Virus record (IMG/VR): IMGVR_UViG_3300021440_000026
Span: 1-58,672 of that record
DNA: 58,672 bases
Source: a virus
Taxonomy: Duplodnaviria > Caudoviricetes
Reading direction: 5' to 3' (one strand)
The translations under genes and the position numbers were made by a program. Positions 1 through 8,995 of this stretch are shown piece after piece (position 1 is the first letter of the stretch; every line of letters starts with the position of its first letter). The notes beneath the pieces are model-generated. The model was not told the DNA's origin and did not search any database. It worked only from the letters and a program-made list of their open reading frames with translations.

Positions 1-146
1 TAAGCGTTCCTCGTTGGGGTGGCGATCGATGGGAAAAAAACATCGAAGGCGAAGAAGAAAAAGTCACATTTGCAGTATTCAATGATCACGAACTAATTAG
101 TTTGATTACTGAAGACCCCCGTAACGTTAAAGCCTTTGTGCTATAA
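1..146 (+). CDS. GroES-like co-chaperonin, C-terminal part (gene split by the window end)
   Basis: Frame from nt 3 reads SVPRWGGDRWEKNIEGEEEKVTFAVFNDHELISLITEDPRNVKAFVL*, a phage GroES C-terminal pattern; the N-terminal part lies at 58414-58672. Confidence 0.85.
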   Translation, partial: SVPRWGGDRWEKNIEGEEEKVTFAVFNDHELISLITEDPRNVKAFVL

Positions 147-155
147 GGAGCTGAC

Positions 156-1124
156 ATGACGAAAGAAAATTTAAATATCGATCATGAAGATGACGATTTG
201 TTGGATGATGAGCATGGCGGAGAAGATGACGATCATGATGAGCAAAAAGATCATGAATCGGATGATGATGCTAAGACTGTTAAACATGTAGAATCCGACG
301 AAGAAGATCAAGACGTTGACCCAGAGCGAGAAGCTATTAAGAAGCGTCGTCGGGAAGAGCGTGAAAAGAAAAAGCTCTATCAGAGGCAGAAAGAAGAACG
401 TCTTCGTTTGCAAATTTCTGCGCGTGATAGGGAGCTGGAAGAATTGCGACAAAAAGTTTTGCAGATTGAGAGCAGAACAACACATACTGATATTGTTCGT
501 CTTGATTCTGATTTGCAAAAAGCAATTCAAGAGCGCGATACGGCAATGGCTTATGCGGATCAAGCAGCAGAAGCAAATGATACGCGTACTGCAATTCAAT
601 GGGAAAGAGCTAAGGCAGCCGCCGAAGAAAAAGCACGTCATTTGTACATGCAAAAGCAGCAGTACGAACAAAGCAGGCAGCAACAATCTTCGCCAAAAAC
701 AACGCGTATTGACCCAGTTGTGGAATCCTATGGCAAAGAATTCTTGTCTAAGCATAACTGGGTTGATTTAAATGGTGCCGATGATGATAGTAAATTGGTT
801 CTTGCGTTAGATTCTTCACTTAAAAGAGACGGGCTAAACCCAGCAAGTTTCGATTATTGGGAAAAACTTGAAAATTTAACGAAAAAGTACTTGCCACATC
901 GGTTTAATTCTGGTAGTGTTTCGTCAGCAAGTGCAAAAAGCCGTAAAAGTATTGTGGCTAGCTCAGGAAGGGAATCGTCTTCCGAAGGGGCTGAACACAG
1001 TAAATTATCTCCTGGACAGATTCAGGCTTTGAAAGATTCGGGCGACTGGGACAACCCAGAACGCCGTAAGAAGATGATCAAAGTTTATTCCGATTACAAC
1101 AAAAGTAATCGTCTGTCAAAGTAA
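156..1124 (+). CDS. Putative capsid scaffolding protein
   Basis: Acidic N-terminus and long coiled coil; position between GroES and the capsid genes; AAGGAG RBS. Confidence 0.7.
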   Translation: MTKENLNIDHEDDDLLDDEHGGEDDDHDEQKDHESDDDAKTVKHVESDEEDQDVDPEREAIKKRRREEREKKKLYQRQKEERLRLQISARDRELEELRQKVLQIESRTTHTDIVRLDSDLQKAIQERDTAMAYADQAAEANDTRTAIQWERAKAAAEEKARHLYMQKQQYEQSRQQQSSPKTTRIDPVVESYGKEFLSKHNWVDLNGADDDSKLVLALDSSLKRDGLNPASFDYWEKLENLTKKYLPHRFNSGSVSSASAKSRKSIVASSGRESSSEGAEHSKLSPGQIQALKDSGDWDNPERRKKMIKVYSDYNKSNRLSK

Positions 1125-1136
1125 AAGGAGATAATT

Positions 1137-1685
1137 ATGTCTAAAGGCTTTATCGGCGGCGATGACCGCGTAAAACAACCAACTCAGACTGAATCCCGCG
1201 CAGATCGTGGCACGGCAGATCACAGTCGCAAACTTCAAGATGGTACTGCATTCTCAATTGAGGAGCGTCGTAGGATGCTGCGCAATGAGTACAAGCAGGA
1301 AGTCCTGCCAACTCCACCTTCTATCCCCGGGTATCATCTTTGTTGGCTATCAACAAATAGCCGTGCCGATCCAATCCACAATCGCATTCACCAAGGCTAC
1401 GAAGCCGTAAAGAATAGCGAACTTCCCGGAATGGATAAATGGACAATGAAAGATGGCGAATTTTCGGGTTTCGTTTCATGCAATGAAATGGTGTTATTTA
1501 AAATCCCAGAGGAGCTATACCAGCTTCACATGTCGATTTTCCACCATGAAATGCCACTGGAACATGAACAGGGTGTTAGGGCTGATATTGAAGCCCATAA
1601 TTTAGAATCGGCAGGAGTTCGCGCCTCTGAAGTGGATGGATTCAAAGACATGGGCGCACATCGTGCTACCCCTTATTTTAATTGA
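1137..1685 (+). CDS. Conserved head-module protein of unknown function
   Basis: AAGGAG RBS; PPSIPGYHLCW...GYEAV motif typical of the gene preceding capsid genes in related podoviruses. Confidence 0.6.
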   Translation: MSKGFIGGDDRVKQPTQTESRADRGTADHSRKLQDGTAFSIEERRRMLRNEYKQEVLPTPPSIPGYHLCWLSTNSRADPIHNRIHQGYEAVKNSELPGMDKWTMKDGEFSGFVSCNEMVLFKIPEELYQLHMSIFHHEMPLEHEQGVRADIEAHNLESAGVRASEVDGFKDMGAHRATPYFN

Positions 1686-1699
1686 TTAAAGGAACTTAA

Positions 1700-2269
1700 A
1701 TGAGCGCAACAAATTCCCCATTTGGCTTTCGACCAGTCGATCACCCAACAGGTAACGCACGAGCAAAAGTTTATCAGATTGCTTCGGGCTACGCAACAAC
1801 TCTTTACAAAGGAACGATGGTAACGCTAAACACTAGCGGAACTATCACTATTTCAGCCGCTGCCGCAGATTTTCTTGGCATTTTCATGGGCTGCGAATAT
1901 GTGGATTCTACTGGCAAACCTACGGTTAGCAATTTCTGGCCCGCTAGCACAACCGTTCTTTCTGGCACGACAGTCACGGCATACGTGCTTGATGATGAAG
2001 ATACCGAATTTGAAGTGCAATCCGATGGCTCTGTAGCACAAACGGCAATCGGCGATCAGGCTGACGTTACTAGCGTTGGCACTGGAAGCACCTCAACAGG
2101 ATTGTCTACTTCAACATTAAACAGCACTTTGGTTGGTGCAGGCGTGCAAGGTCAATGGCGAATTATTGGATTTGGTCAAGCACCTGATAACGCAGTTGGT
2201 GATGCCTTTACCGTTGTACGGGTAAAAATGGCACGTAGCCAATATCGCGCTAACAAAACAGCCATCTAA
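1700..2269 (+). CDS. Putative capsid decoration/cement protein
   Basis: MSATNSPFGFRP start; Gly/Thr/Ala-rich beta protein directly upstream of the major capsid gene. Confidence 0.6.
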   Translation: MSATNSPFGFRPVDHPTGNARAKVYQIASGYATTLYKGTMVTLNTSGTITISAAAADFLGIFMGCEYVDSTGKPTVSNFWPASTTVLSGTTVTAYVLDDEDTEFEVQSDGSVAQTAIGDQADVTSVGTGSTSTGLSTSTLNSTLVGAGVQGQWRIIGFGQAPDNAVGDAFTVVRVKMARSQYRANKTAI

Positions 2270-2287
2270 CATTTAAAGGAGCTACAA

Positions 2288-3205
2288 ATGGCAGCTAATA
2301 TCATGCGCAGTTCGGACTTTCGTCCGATAGTCGAGCCGATTCTAAACGAAGCATTTGATGGCGTTTATGACCTTCGCAAAGACGAGTACAAACAAATCTT
2401 TAAAATCCGTGATGGCATTCCTCGGTCGTACCATGAGGAACCCGTTCAATATGGTTTTGGTGCCGCACCAGAGTTAAACGATGGCGCGCCAGTAACGTAT
2501 CAAGCTGGTGGCGTTTTATTCACAAAACGCTACCTCTATAAAGTGTATGGCTTGGCGTTTGCGCTTACCCGTGTGCTGACTGAAGATGGCGATCATATCC
2601 GCATCGGCAAAGAGTATTCCGAACATTTGGCGCAATCCATGATTGAAACGGATGAGCTTAATGCTGCGAATATTATTAACCGAGCATATAACGCTTCTTA
2701 CCCCGGTGGTGACGGAGTTGCATTGGGTAGCGCATCACATCCAATCATTGGCGGTTCGTTCTCCAACATCCTTGCAACACCTGCTGCATTGTCTCAAACA
2801 TCGTTAGAGCAATTACTGGTTCAGATTCGTACGCAAGGTGTGGATAACAACGGTAAGAAAATCCGCTTAATGCCACAAAAATTAGTCGTTTCCCCCGGCA
2901 ATGAATTGCAAGCAGAAGTATTACTGAATTCTGTTCTGCGCACAGGCGTGGCAAACAACGACATTAACCCTGTTAAGTCTATGGGCTATTTGAAGGAAGT
3001 GGCTGTTATCTCGCGTATTACTTCTCCTACTCAATGGGGTATCACTACCGATGCGCCAAAAGGCTTGTCAGTAATGGTGCGTCGTCAAATTGAGAAGTCA
3101 ATGGAAGGTGACTTTGAAACAGACAGCGTGCGGTACAAATCCACTATGCGTAAAGCGTATGGATTCACTGATCCACGCTGCTTTTTCTCTACGCAAGGCT
3201 CTTAG
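2288..3205 (+). CDS. Major capsid protein (HK97 fold, Mu gpT-like family)
   Basis: 305 aa; GFGAAPE, GGDGVALGSASHP, DFETDSVRYK...YGFTDPR motifs; strong RBS. Confidence 0.9.
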   Translation: MAANIMRSSDFRPIVEPILNEAFDGVYDLRKDEYKQIFKIRDGIPRSYHEEPVQYGFGAAPELNDGAPVTYQAGGVLFTKRYLYKVYGLAFALTRVLTEDGDHIRIGKEYSEHLAQSMIETDELNAANIINRAYNASYPGGDGVALGSASHPIIGGSFSNILATPAALSQTSLEQLLVQIRTQGVDNNGKKIRLMPQKLVVSPGNELQAEVLLNSVLRTGVANNDINPVKSMGYLKEVAVISRITSPTQWGITTDAPKGLSVMVRRQIEKSMEGDFETDSVRYKSTMRKAYGFTDPRCFFSTQGS

Positions 3206-3256
3206 GCTGCGCGGAAAAGTAAAGTATAATTAAAGCTCTTTTAAAAAGGAGCTTTA

Positions 3257-3973
3257 ATGATTCAATCGATTAGGCAATGTTCTATTTTGGGGTGCTCTAA
3301 ACCTGTTGTGGCAAGAGATTTTTGCCAGACGCATTACATGAGATGGAAAAGGCACGGACATGTTTTCTCTACTAGACCGTCTGATTGGGGTAGTAAAGAG
3401 AAGCATCCTTTGTATGGAATATGGACTGACATTTTTAGAAGAAGGAAAAATGTCGCCTGCGAAGAATGGATTCAAGATTTTTGGAAATTTGTTGCGGATG
3501 TTGGAGAAAGACCCGACAAAAATCACCAATTAAAAAGAATTGATGAATCTGGACTTTACTGCAAAGGAAATGTTTTTTGGAAGATTCGCTTAGTAAATGA
3601 TTTGGAATATAGAAATGATCGTGCTGCATATGCGCGAGAATTCCAAAAAAGGATGCGAGAAAATAATCCTTTTCATGCAATGAAATATTCTTTAAGGAAA
3701 TATGGGTTAACTATTGATAAATATCTTGAAATGCATGATACTCAGAATGGAGTATGTAAAATATGCTTTCAGGAAGAAAAGTCGATTGATCCAAAAACAA
3801 AGCGAATCCGTAGGTTGGCTGTAGATCATTGCCATGAAACAGGAAAAGTAAGGGCGCTTTTGTGTTCTAAATGTAATGCTGGACTTGGGCATTTCATGGA
3901 TAATATTGAGAACATGCAAAAAGCGATTGAGTATTTAATTTTACACAAAAGGATAAACAATGTATCAAACTAA
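3257..3973 (+). CDS. Free-standing homing endonuclease with C-terminal endonuclease VII domain
   Basis: N-terminal CxxxxC..CxxHY zinc finger; C-terminal QNGVCKIC...LAVDHCHETGKVRALLCSKCNAGLG; AT-rich, with TATAAT and AAGGAG upstream. Confidence 0.85.
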   Translation: MIQSIRQCSILGCSKPVVARDFCQTHYMRWKRHGHVFSTRPSDWGSKEKHPLYGIWTDIFRRRKNVACEEWIQDFWKFVADVGERPDKNHQLKRIDESGLYCKGNVFWKIRLVNDLEYRNDRAAYAREFQKRMRENNPFHAMKYSLRKYGLTIDKYLEMHDTQNGVCKICFQEEKSIDPKTKRIRRLAVDHCHETGKVRALLCSKCNAGLGHFMDNIENMQKAIEYLILHKRINNVSN

Positions 3974-3987
3974 TATTGAGGTGACAA

Positions 3988-5115
3988 ATGGCTACTACTA
4001 ATTTCCCATATGGGATTACTTCCTTTGGCGGCTCTGTTCTGAATAAAGTTGCCATTGGTGTTGTAGGACAATCAAATGAGCAGGGAAGGGTTGACCCTTC
4101 TGATTTGGCGGCATATCCACAATGTTTTGCGTCTTTAACAAACCCATCTTTTAATTCGCCAGTTTGGGGGCAAATTTTACCTGGGTATGGTGGTTTTTGG
4201 CATAAAGTTTATGATGATTTAGCCGCTCAAGGTTATGAAGCAAAGATTTTCAATGGTGCTGTAGGATCAAGTTCTTTTGTAACTGCAACATGTGGTCAAG
4301 TTCTAACTAGAGCAAATAGCTCAGGAGTAGCTGCAAGGCGTTCGCCAGATGATTTTGAAGATCGCGGGTATTTTGGCGCAACAACAGTTCAAGGCGGGAA
4401 AGTTTTTGTTGCTACTACAGCAAAAAAACAAGTGGCGTTTCGCCGTAAAAATATTTTTGGTGCAACTTCGTGGGCAGAATCAGGAATTGATTTTATTTCC
4501 ACGTCTGGAACTGGAACAACTGCCGCATCCGATCCGGGAGGATGGTCTGCTGCTGCACTTGGCGGAACCATTACTGATGGAACTGTAACATGGACGTGCG
4601 TTGACACTACAAATAGCACTGGAATGTCAAATGGTCAGGTTCTATCGCCAACATTTTCAGCTTATGGATTTGACCCGTTTGGCATTTTAGAGCGCGTGCA
4701 TATAAATATGAGTAACATTCGCGCGTCTCAAAAAATAATTTATATACAAAATGCTCAATCTGATGCCGGAACGCCTGCTGCAACTTATCAATCTGCTTTG
4801 GAAAATATTGCTACTTTTTTCCTTATCAGAGGATATAAAGTTGTAATTGGATTGTCTTGTTTTAATCCAAACACAACAACTGCTAACTACAATTTATTGG
4901 CAACAGGCAGACTGGCAGCTATTGCATCGCTACAAGCAGGCGCATATGGCGCAAAAGTATTTGCTGGTGCAAATTTATATGATCTAATGGGTAGCACTGG
5001 GAATATGGCATTAGGCGGCGCATGGTTGCAATCTGATAATGTTCATCTTAATGGTGCTGGTGCTCTTGTCGGAGCAGGGTATATTTCGCCAACTATTCTG
5101 TCTGCATTGTCTTAA
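3988..5115 (+). CDS. SGNH/sialate O-acetylesterase-like protein, probably virion-associated
   Basis: GQSNE nucleophile block, GAVGSSS block II, QNAQSD block III, DNVH (DxxH) block V. Confidence 0.7.
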   Translation: MATTNFPYGITSFGGSVLNKVAIGVVGQSNEQGRVDPSDLAAYPQCFASLTNPSFNSPVWGQILPGYGGFWHKVYDDLAAQGYEAKIFNGAVGSSSFVTATCGQVLTRANSSGVAARRSPDDFEDRGYFGATTVQGGKVFVATTAKKQVAFRRKNIFGATSWAESGIDFISTSGTGTTAASDPGGWSAAALGGTITDGTVTWTCVDTTNSTGMSNGQVLSPTFSAYGFDPFGILERVHINMSNIRASQKIIYIQNAQSDAGTPAATYQSALENIATFFLIRGYKVVIGLSCFNPNTTTANYNLLATGRLAAIASLQAGAYGAKVFAGANLYDLMGSTGNMALGGAWLQSDNVHLNGAGALVGAGYISPTILSALS

Positions 5116-5117
5116 TA

Positions 5118-6116
5118 ATGACCACATCCGGAACGATAGGCGCAACACAAATTGACGTAACCACGATTATTGAGCATGCTGCACGGCGTTGCGGAGTATT
5201 GGCAAGCACTCTCAGCGCGGAACAGCAAATATCAGCAAAGGAGAATTTATATTTTCTTTTGTCTGACTTGGCTAATCGTGGTGTTAGTCTGTGGTGCGTG
5301 CAAAAAAACGTATTGGGATTAGCTCTCAACAAGAAGGTTTACGATCTTCCTGTTGGGACGCTGGATATTCTCAACACGTTTTATCGTACCTGTAATTTTG
5401 TTGGTGTTCCTTCCTCCACTTCTTCGGTAACGTGGGCGACGGATGCGGGAACTGGTAGCACGCCAGCAGTCACAACCATTAGCGTTACCTCGGCGACGGT
5501 TCAAACGTTGAATCTCAGTGTGCAGACTTCGCCGGATAACGCTACATGGACGACTTTATACACGGTGCCAGCGTTTACCACTGTGGCAGGTTTGCCGTAT
5601 TGGTTTGACATTGATCCTTCTTCTGCATCGCGGTACTGGCGTATTCGTGAAAACACTTTGCCAGCATTAACGCTAACAAGTGCAAGTTTCGGCTATAACA
5701 CGACGGAAATTGAAATGTCACCGCTTAACCGTGATGACTATACCAATTTGCCGAATAAAGACTTTGCTGGTCGTGCTTTGCAATATTGGTACGATAAGCA
5801 GTACCAAGTTCCGCGTTTGTGGCTATGGCCCGTTCCTGACAACATAACAGCACAGATCGTCGTATGGAATCATAGGCATATTCAGGATATAGGCGCGTTA
5901 AGCAACACGCTAGAAGTGCCGCAAAGATGGTTTGAATCGATCATATTCTCACTGGCTGCGCGCATGGTGCTTGAACTTCCTGCTGACAAACTTCCCCCCG
6001 GGCGGTTGGAATGGCTAGATCATAAAGCAGACGAGCATTTGCGACGCGCTGAAGATGGCGAGACGGACGGTGCGCCAATTCGGATAACTCCTAATTTTTC
6101 AGCATATACAAGGTAA
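5118..6116 (+). CDS. Head-tail connector/adaptor-like virion protein
   Basis: MTTSGT start, ANRGVSLW and LNRDDYTNLPNK..GRALQYW..LWPVPD motifs; module position. Confidence 0.65.
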   Translation: MTTSGTIGATQIDVTTIIEHAARRCGVLASTLSAEQQISAKENLYFLLSDLANRGVSLWCVQKNVLGLALNKKVYDLPVGTLDILNTFYRTCNFVGVPSSTSSVTWATDAGTGSTPAVTTISVTSATVQTLNLSVQTSPDNATWTTLYTVPAFTTVAGLPYWFDIDPSSASRYWRIRENTLPALTLTSASFGYNTTEIEMSPLNRDDYTNLPNKDFAGRALQYWYDKQYQVPRLWLWPVPDNITAQIVVWNHRHIQDIGALSNTLEVPQRWFESIIFSLAARMVLELPADKLPPGRLEWLDHKADEHLRRAEDGETDGAPIRITPNFSAYTR

Positions 6117-6118
6117 TC

Positions 6119-6355
6119 ATGGCTCTTTATCTTGATACGCTAGGAAATACAAGTGTTGCGATAGGAATTTGTGATAGGTGCAAAAAAAAAGTACCAATTG
6201 GCGAATTGCGATCCGATGGGAATTCCCCCGGATTGCGCGTATGCCAAGATGCTGGATGTTATGACCATTTTGATCCGTACAGATTGCCAGCTCGAAAAAC
6301 AGAAAAAATAACCATTAAATATCCACGTCCTGATGTGGATTTATCCGTGGAGTAA
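6119..6355 (+). CDS. Small Cys-containing virion-module protein
   Basis: IGICDRC...LRVC...DPYRLPAR...PRPD pattern; tightly packed between neighbours. Confidence 0.65.
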   Translation: MALYLDTLGNTSVAIGICDRCKKKVPIGELRSDGNSPGLRVCQDAGCYDHFDPYRLPARKTEKITIKYPRPDVDLSVE

Positions 6356-6357
6356 CG

Positions 6358-8367
6358 ATGAGTTTTAATAACGTTTTTGGCGGATCGACGCTACAACCTT
6401 CCGATGTATCCTATCGCGCTGTATCGCTTACTGCTGACGTAACACTAGCATGGGCTGACGTAAGTACATCAAACACGGATTATGTTGCGCGTATTATGGA
6501 TGTTACGCCAACATTTGATCTGTTGTCAATTACAATGCCGCCTGCAAATCAAGTGTCGCAAGGATACGACATTTTATTTGTCAATAGAAGTTCTCGGCAG
6601 TTTTACGTCAAAAAAAATGATGGAACTGTAATTGCTTCAATTTCCGCTGGGCAAAGAATTTTAGTTTATATCAATGATAATTCCACAATTGCAGGCGGAT
6701 GGGATTCATTCTTGTATGGTGTTGGTACAAGTGAAATAATTGCCGCATCATTGGTAGGGCAAGGCATTGTAGGGCTTGGAACTGGGCTATCTATAGCTTT
6801 GGCACAGACTGAAATATTTTCTAACTATTCTGTAAACAAAACATCCGATAGGGCTAAATTATTGGTATGGAAGGGGGGCGTTGGAACGATGACATTACCT
6901 TTGTCATCTTCAACGTTTTACGGGTTTTTCTTTGAAGTTAGGAATGATGGCACGGGAATACTAACTGTCCAATGCTCAGGCGCAAACACCATTGATAATG
7001 GATTTTCAAGCATTGCATTGCAACCTTCCGAATCGTGCATCCTTCATGCAAATCAAGTATCAAAATGGTGCAGCGTCGGACGTGGAAGAAGCCAGCAATT
7101 TAATTTCACGCAACTAACAAAATCCGTAACTGGCGGGACAACTACTCTTACAAACACAGAGGCTGCAAATGTGTGCCAAAAGTACAGCGGCATACTCACA
7201 TCAAACCAAATCGTTGTTTTGCCACCAGTTGTTCAAGTTTATTACGTATCAAACAAGACAACAGGCGCATATTCATTTACAATGCAAACCCCAACCCCGG
7301 GAGATGTTGTTGTTATTCCGCAAAGCCAAAATGCAGTATTGTTCTGCGATGGCGTGAATGTGATCAATGCTTCGACGACTGTTTCTGGTATTGCTTCTTT
7401 ATTGCTTAGTGCTGGAAGTGCCGCAAATCCATCATTATCATTTTCAGCAAATCCAAATACTGGATTGTTTCAACTATTGGCAAACACTATAAGCGTTTCC
7501 GCTGGGGGTGTTGAGTCATTGCGAGCGACAGGGAGTGGATTATTAACAGTAGATGGGGCAGCAGCAACACCATCGCATTCTTTTATCAATAGCCCTGCAA
7601 CTGGCATGTATTCCCCTGCTGCTAATCAATGGGCTCTTTCATCCAATGGTGTGCAGAGCATTTTGGTCGATGCTAATGGACTAGCAACTATACAAACTAT
7701 TAGTTCTGCTAGCAGATTTTCTGATAGTGCTAGCATAACAAAGAAATTCCATTTTGTCTCTACTGGAATAACGGCAGGACAAGATAGATCAATTACAGTG
7801 CCAGATAAAGACATAATTTTGTCAACGCCATATGGCGATCTTTTGTCCTCTTATAGTGCTTCTGGTGATACTCAAGTTGATATAGAAGGAAATTTTAATT
7901 CTACTTATGATGTTTACACTTTAATTATAAACAATATTGTAATATCAAATGGCGGGTATATGAAATGCCGATTAAAAATTGGAGGAACATATCAAACAGC
8001 AAATTATGTATTTTACACTGATACATCCTCTGTTGGCTCTGGGTATTCATTTATAAATGCTAGCGCATTAAATAGCAATGCAATTTATCTTACTTCAGAT
8101 GGGGGCGCGCCATCTGCTGGGGATGCTACAAACACAATCATTACTATTTATAATCCATCAAGTACCTCATCAAAAAAAGGAATTGATTATAAAGGAAGCT
8201 CTTATAGAAATGGCAGTGGCGGAAATAAAGCTGAAGGGTTTGGAAGATATGAAAATTCAACATCAGCACTAACAGGGGTTAGAATATATTTTGCGCAACC
8301 AGATGATTCACTCGTAAGAAATATTTCTTCTGGTAATTTCCAATTATACGGATTGAGAAGGGTTTAA
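6358..8367 (+). CDS. Tail fibre / tail structural protein
   Basis: 669 aa Ser/Thr/Gly-rich; GSAANPSLSF / GAAATPSHSF repeats; C-terminal ISSGNFQLYG typical of fibre tips. Confidence 0.7.
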   Translation: MSFNNVFGGSTLQPSDVSYRAVSLTADVTLAWADVSTSNTDYVARIMDVTPTFDLLSITMPPANQVSQGYDILFVNRSSRQFYVKKNDGTVIASISAGQRILVYINDNSTIAGGWDSFLYGVGTSEIIAASLVGQGIVGLGTGLSIALAQTEIFSNYSVNKTSDRAKLLVWKGGVGTMTLPLSSSTFYGFFFEVRNDGTGILTVQCSGANTIDNGFSSIALQPSESCILHANQVSKWCSVGRGRSQQFNFTQLTKSVTGGTTTLTNTEAANVCQKYSGILTSNQIVVLPPVVQVYYVSNKTTGAYSFTMQTPTPGDVVVIPQSQNAVLFCDGVNVINASTTVSGIASLLLSAGSAANPSLSFSANPNTGLFQLLANTISVSAGGVESLRATGSGLLTVDGAAATPSHSFINSPATGMYSPAANQWALSSNGVQSILVDANGLATIQTISSASRFSDSASITKKFHFVSTGITAGQDRSITVPDKDIILSTPYGDLLSSYSASGDTQVDIEGNFNSTYDVYTLIINNIVISNGGYMKCRLKIGGTYQTANYVFYTDTSSVGSGYSFINASALNSNAIYLTSDGGAPSAGDATNTIITIYNPSSTSSKKGIDYKGSSYRNGSGGNKAEGFGRYENSTSALTGVRIYFAQPDDSLVRNISSGNFQLYGLRRV

Positions 8368-8368
8368 T

Positions 8369-8995
8369 ATGCCAGCAGCAATGACATATGATTCACTTGT
8401 CACGGATTTAATCGGTTACACGCAACGTGACGATCAGGAATTTTCGGATGAAATTCCGCGATTTATCATGCTTGCTGAAAACACTCTTGCAACAGAGTTA
8501 AAATTACTTGGATTTCAAAATGTAGTGACTGGTACTTTTACGCCAAACAATAACACTTTGCCTAAGCCAGCATTGTGGCGCGACAATATCAGCTTTAATT
8601 TTACCGATGCTTCTGGCAATAGAATCGAATTACTTCCCCGTACATACGAGTATTGCCGTAATTTTTGGCAAAATCAATCGCTAACTGGTCAGCCGAGATT
8701 TTATGCGGACTACAATTTCGATAATTTCCTTATCGTACCAACTCCAGCAACAGGTTTGACATTTGAATTGTTGTATCATACTCGATTGCAGCCTCTTGAT
8801 AATTCTCATCAAACAAATTGGCTTACGGATAATGCGCCACAATTATTATTGGCACAATGTTTAATTCAGGCTTATACTTGGGTTCGTAATGATGCTGAAA
8901 CGGCAAAGTGGCAAAGCACCTATGATAGGTCAATTGCCGCGTTTCATGGTGAGGATAAAAATCGAAGCAAAGATAGAACAACGGAGAATGATTGA
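8369..8995 (+). CDS. Head-to-tail adaptor (tail tubular protein A-like)
   Basis: IPRFIMLAE, GQPRFYA, TNWLTDNAPQLLL motifs; precedes the nozzle gene. Confidence 0.7.
   Translation: MPAAMTYDSLVTDLIGYTQRDDQEFSDEIPRFIMLAENTLATELKLLGFQNVVTGTFTPNNNTLPKPALWRDNISFNFTDASGNRIELLPRTYEYCRNFWQNQSLTGQPRFYADYNFDNFLIVPTPATGLTFELLYHTRLQPLDNSHQTNWLTDNAPQLLLAQCLIQAYTWVRNDAETAKWQSTYDRSIAAFHGEDKNRSKDRTTEND

Noticed and set aside
171-755. Long antisense ORFs (also 11241-11681, 28758-29129, 30476-30820, 32165-32635, 41992-42696, 51252-51758, 52133-52579)
   Set aside because: Shadows of well-supported genes on the opposite strand, without RBS or motifs
3205-3257. Group I intron around the endonuclease
   Set aside because: The capsid gene ends with a normal C-terminal motif and stop, and the flanks are too short for a ribozyme core
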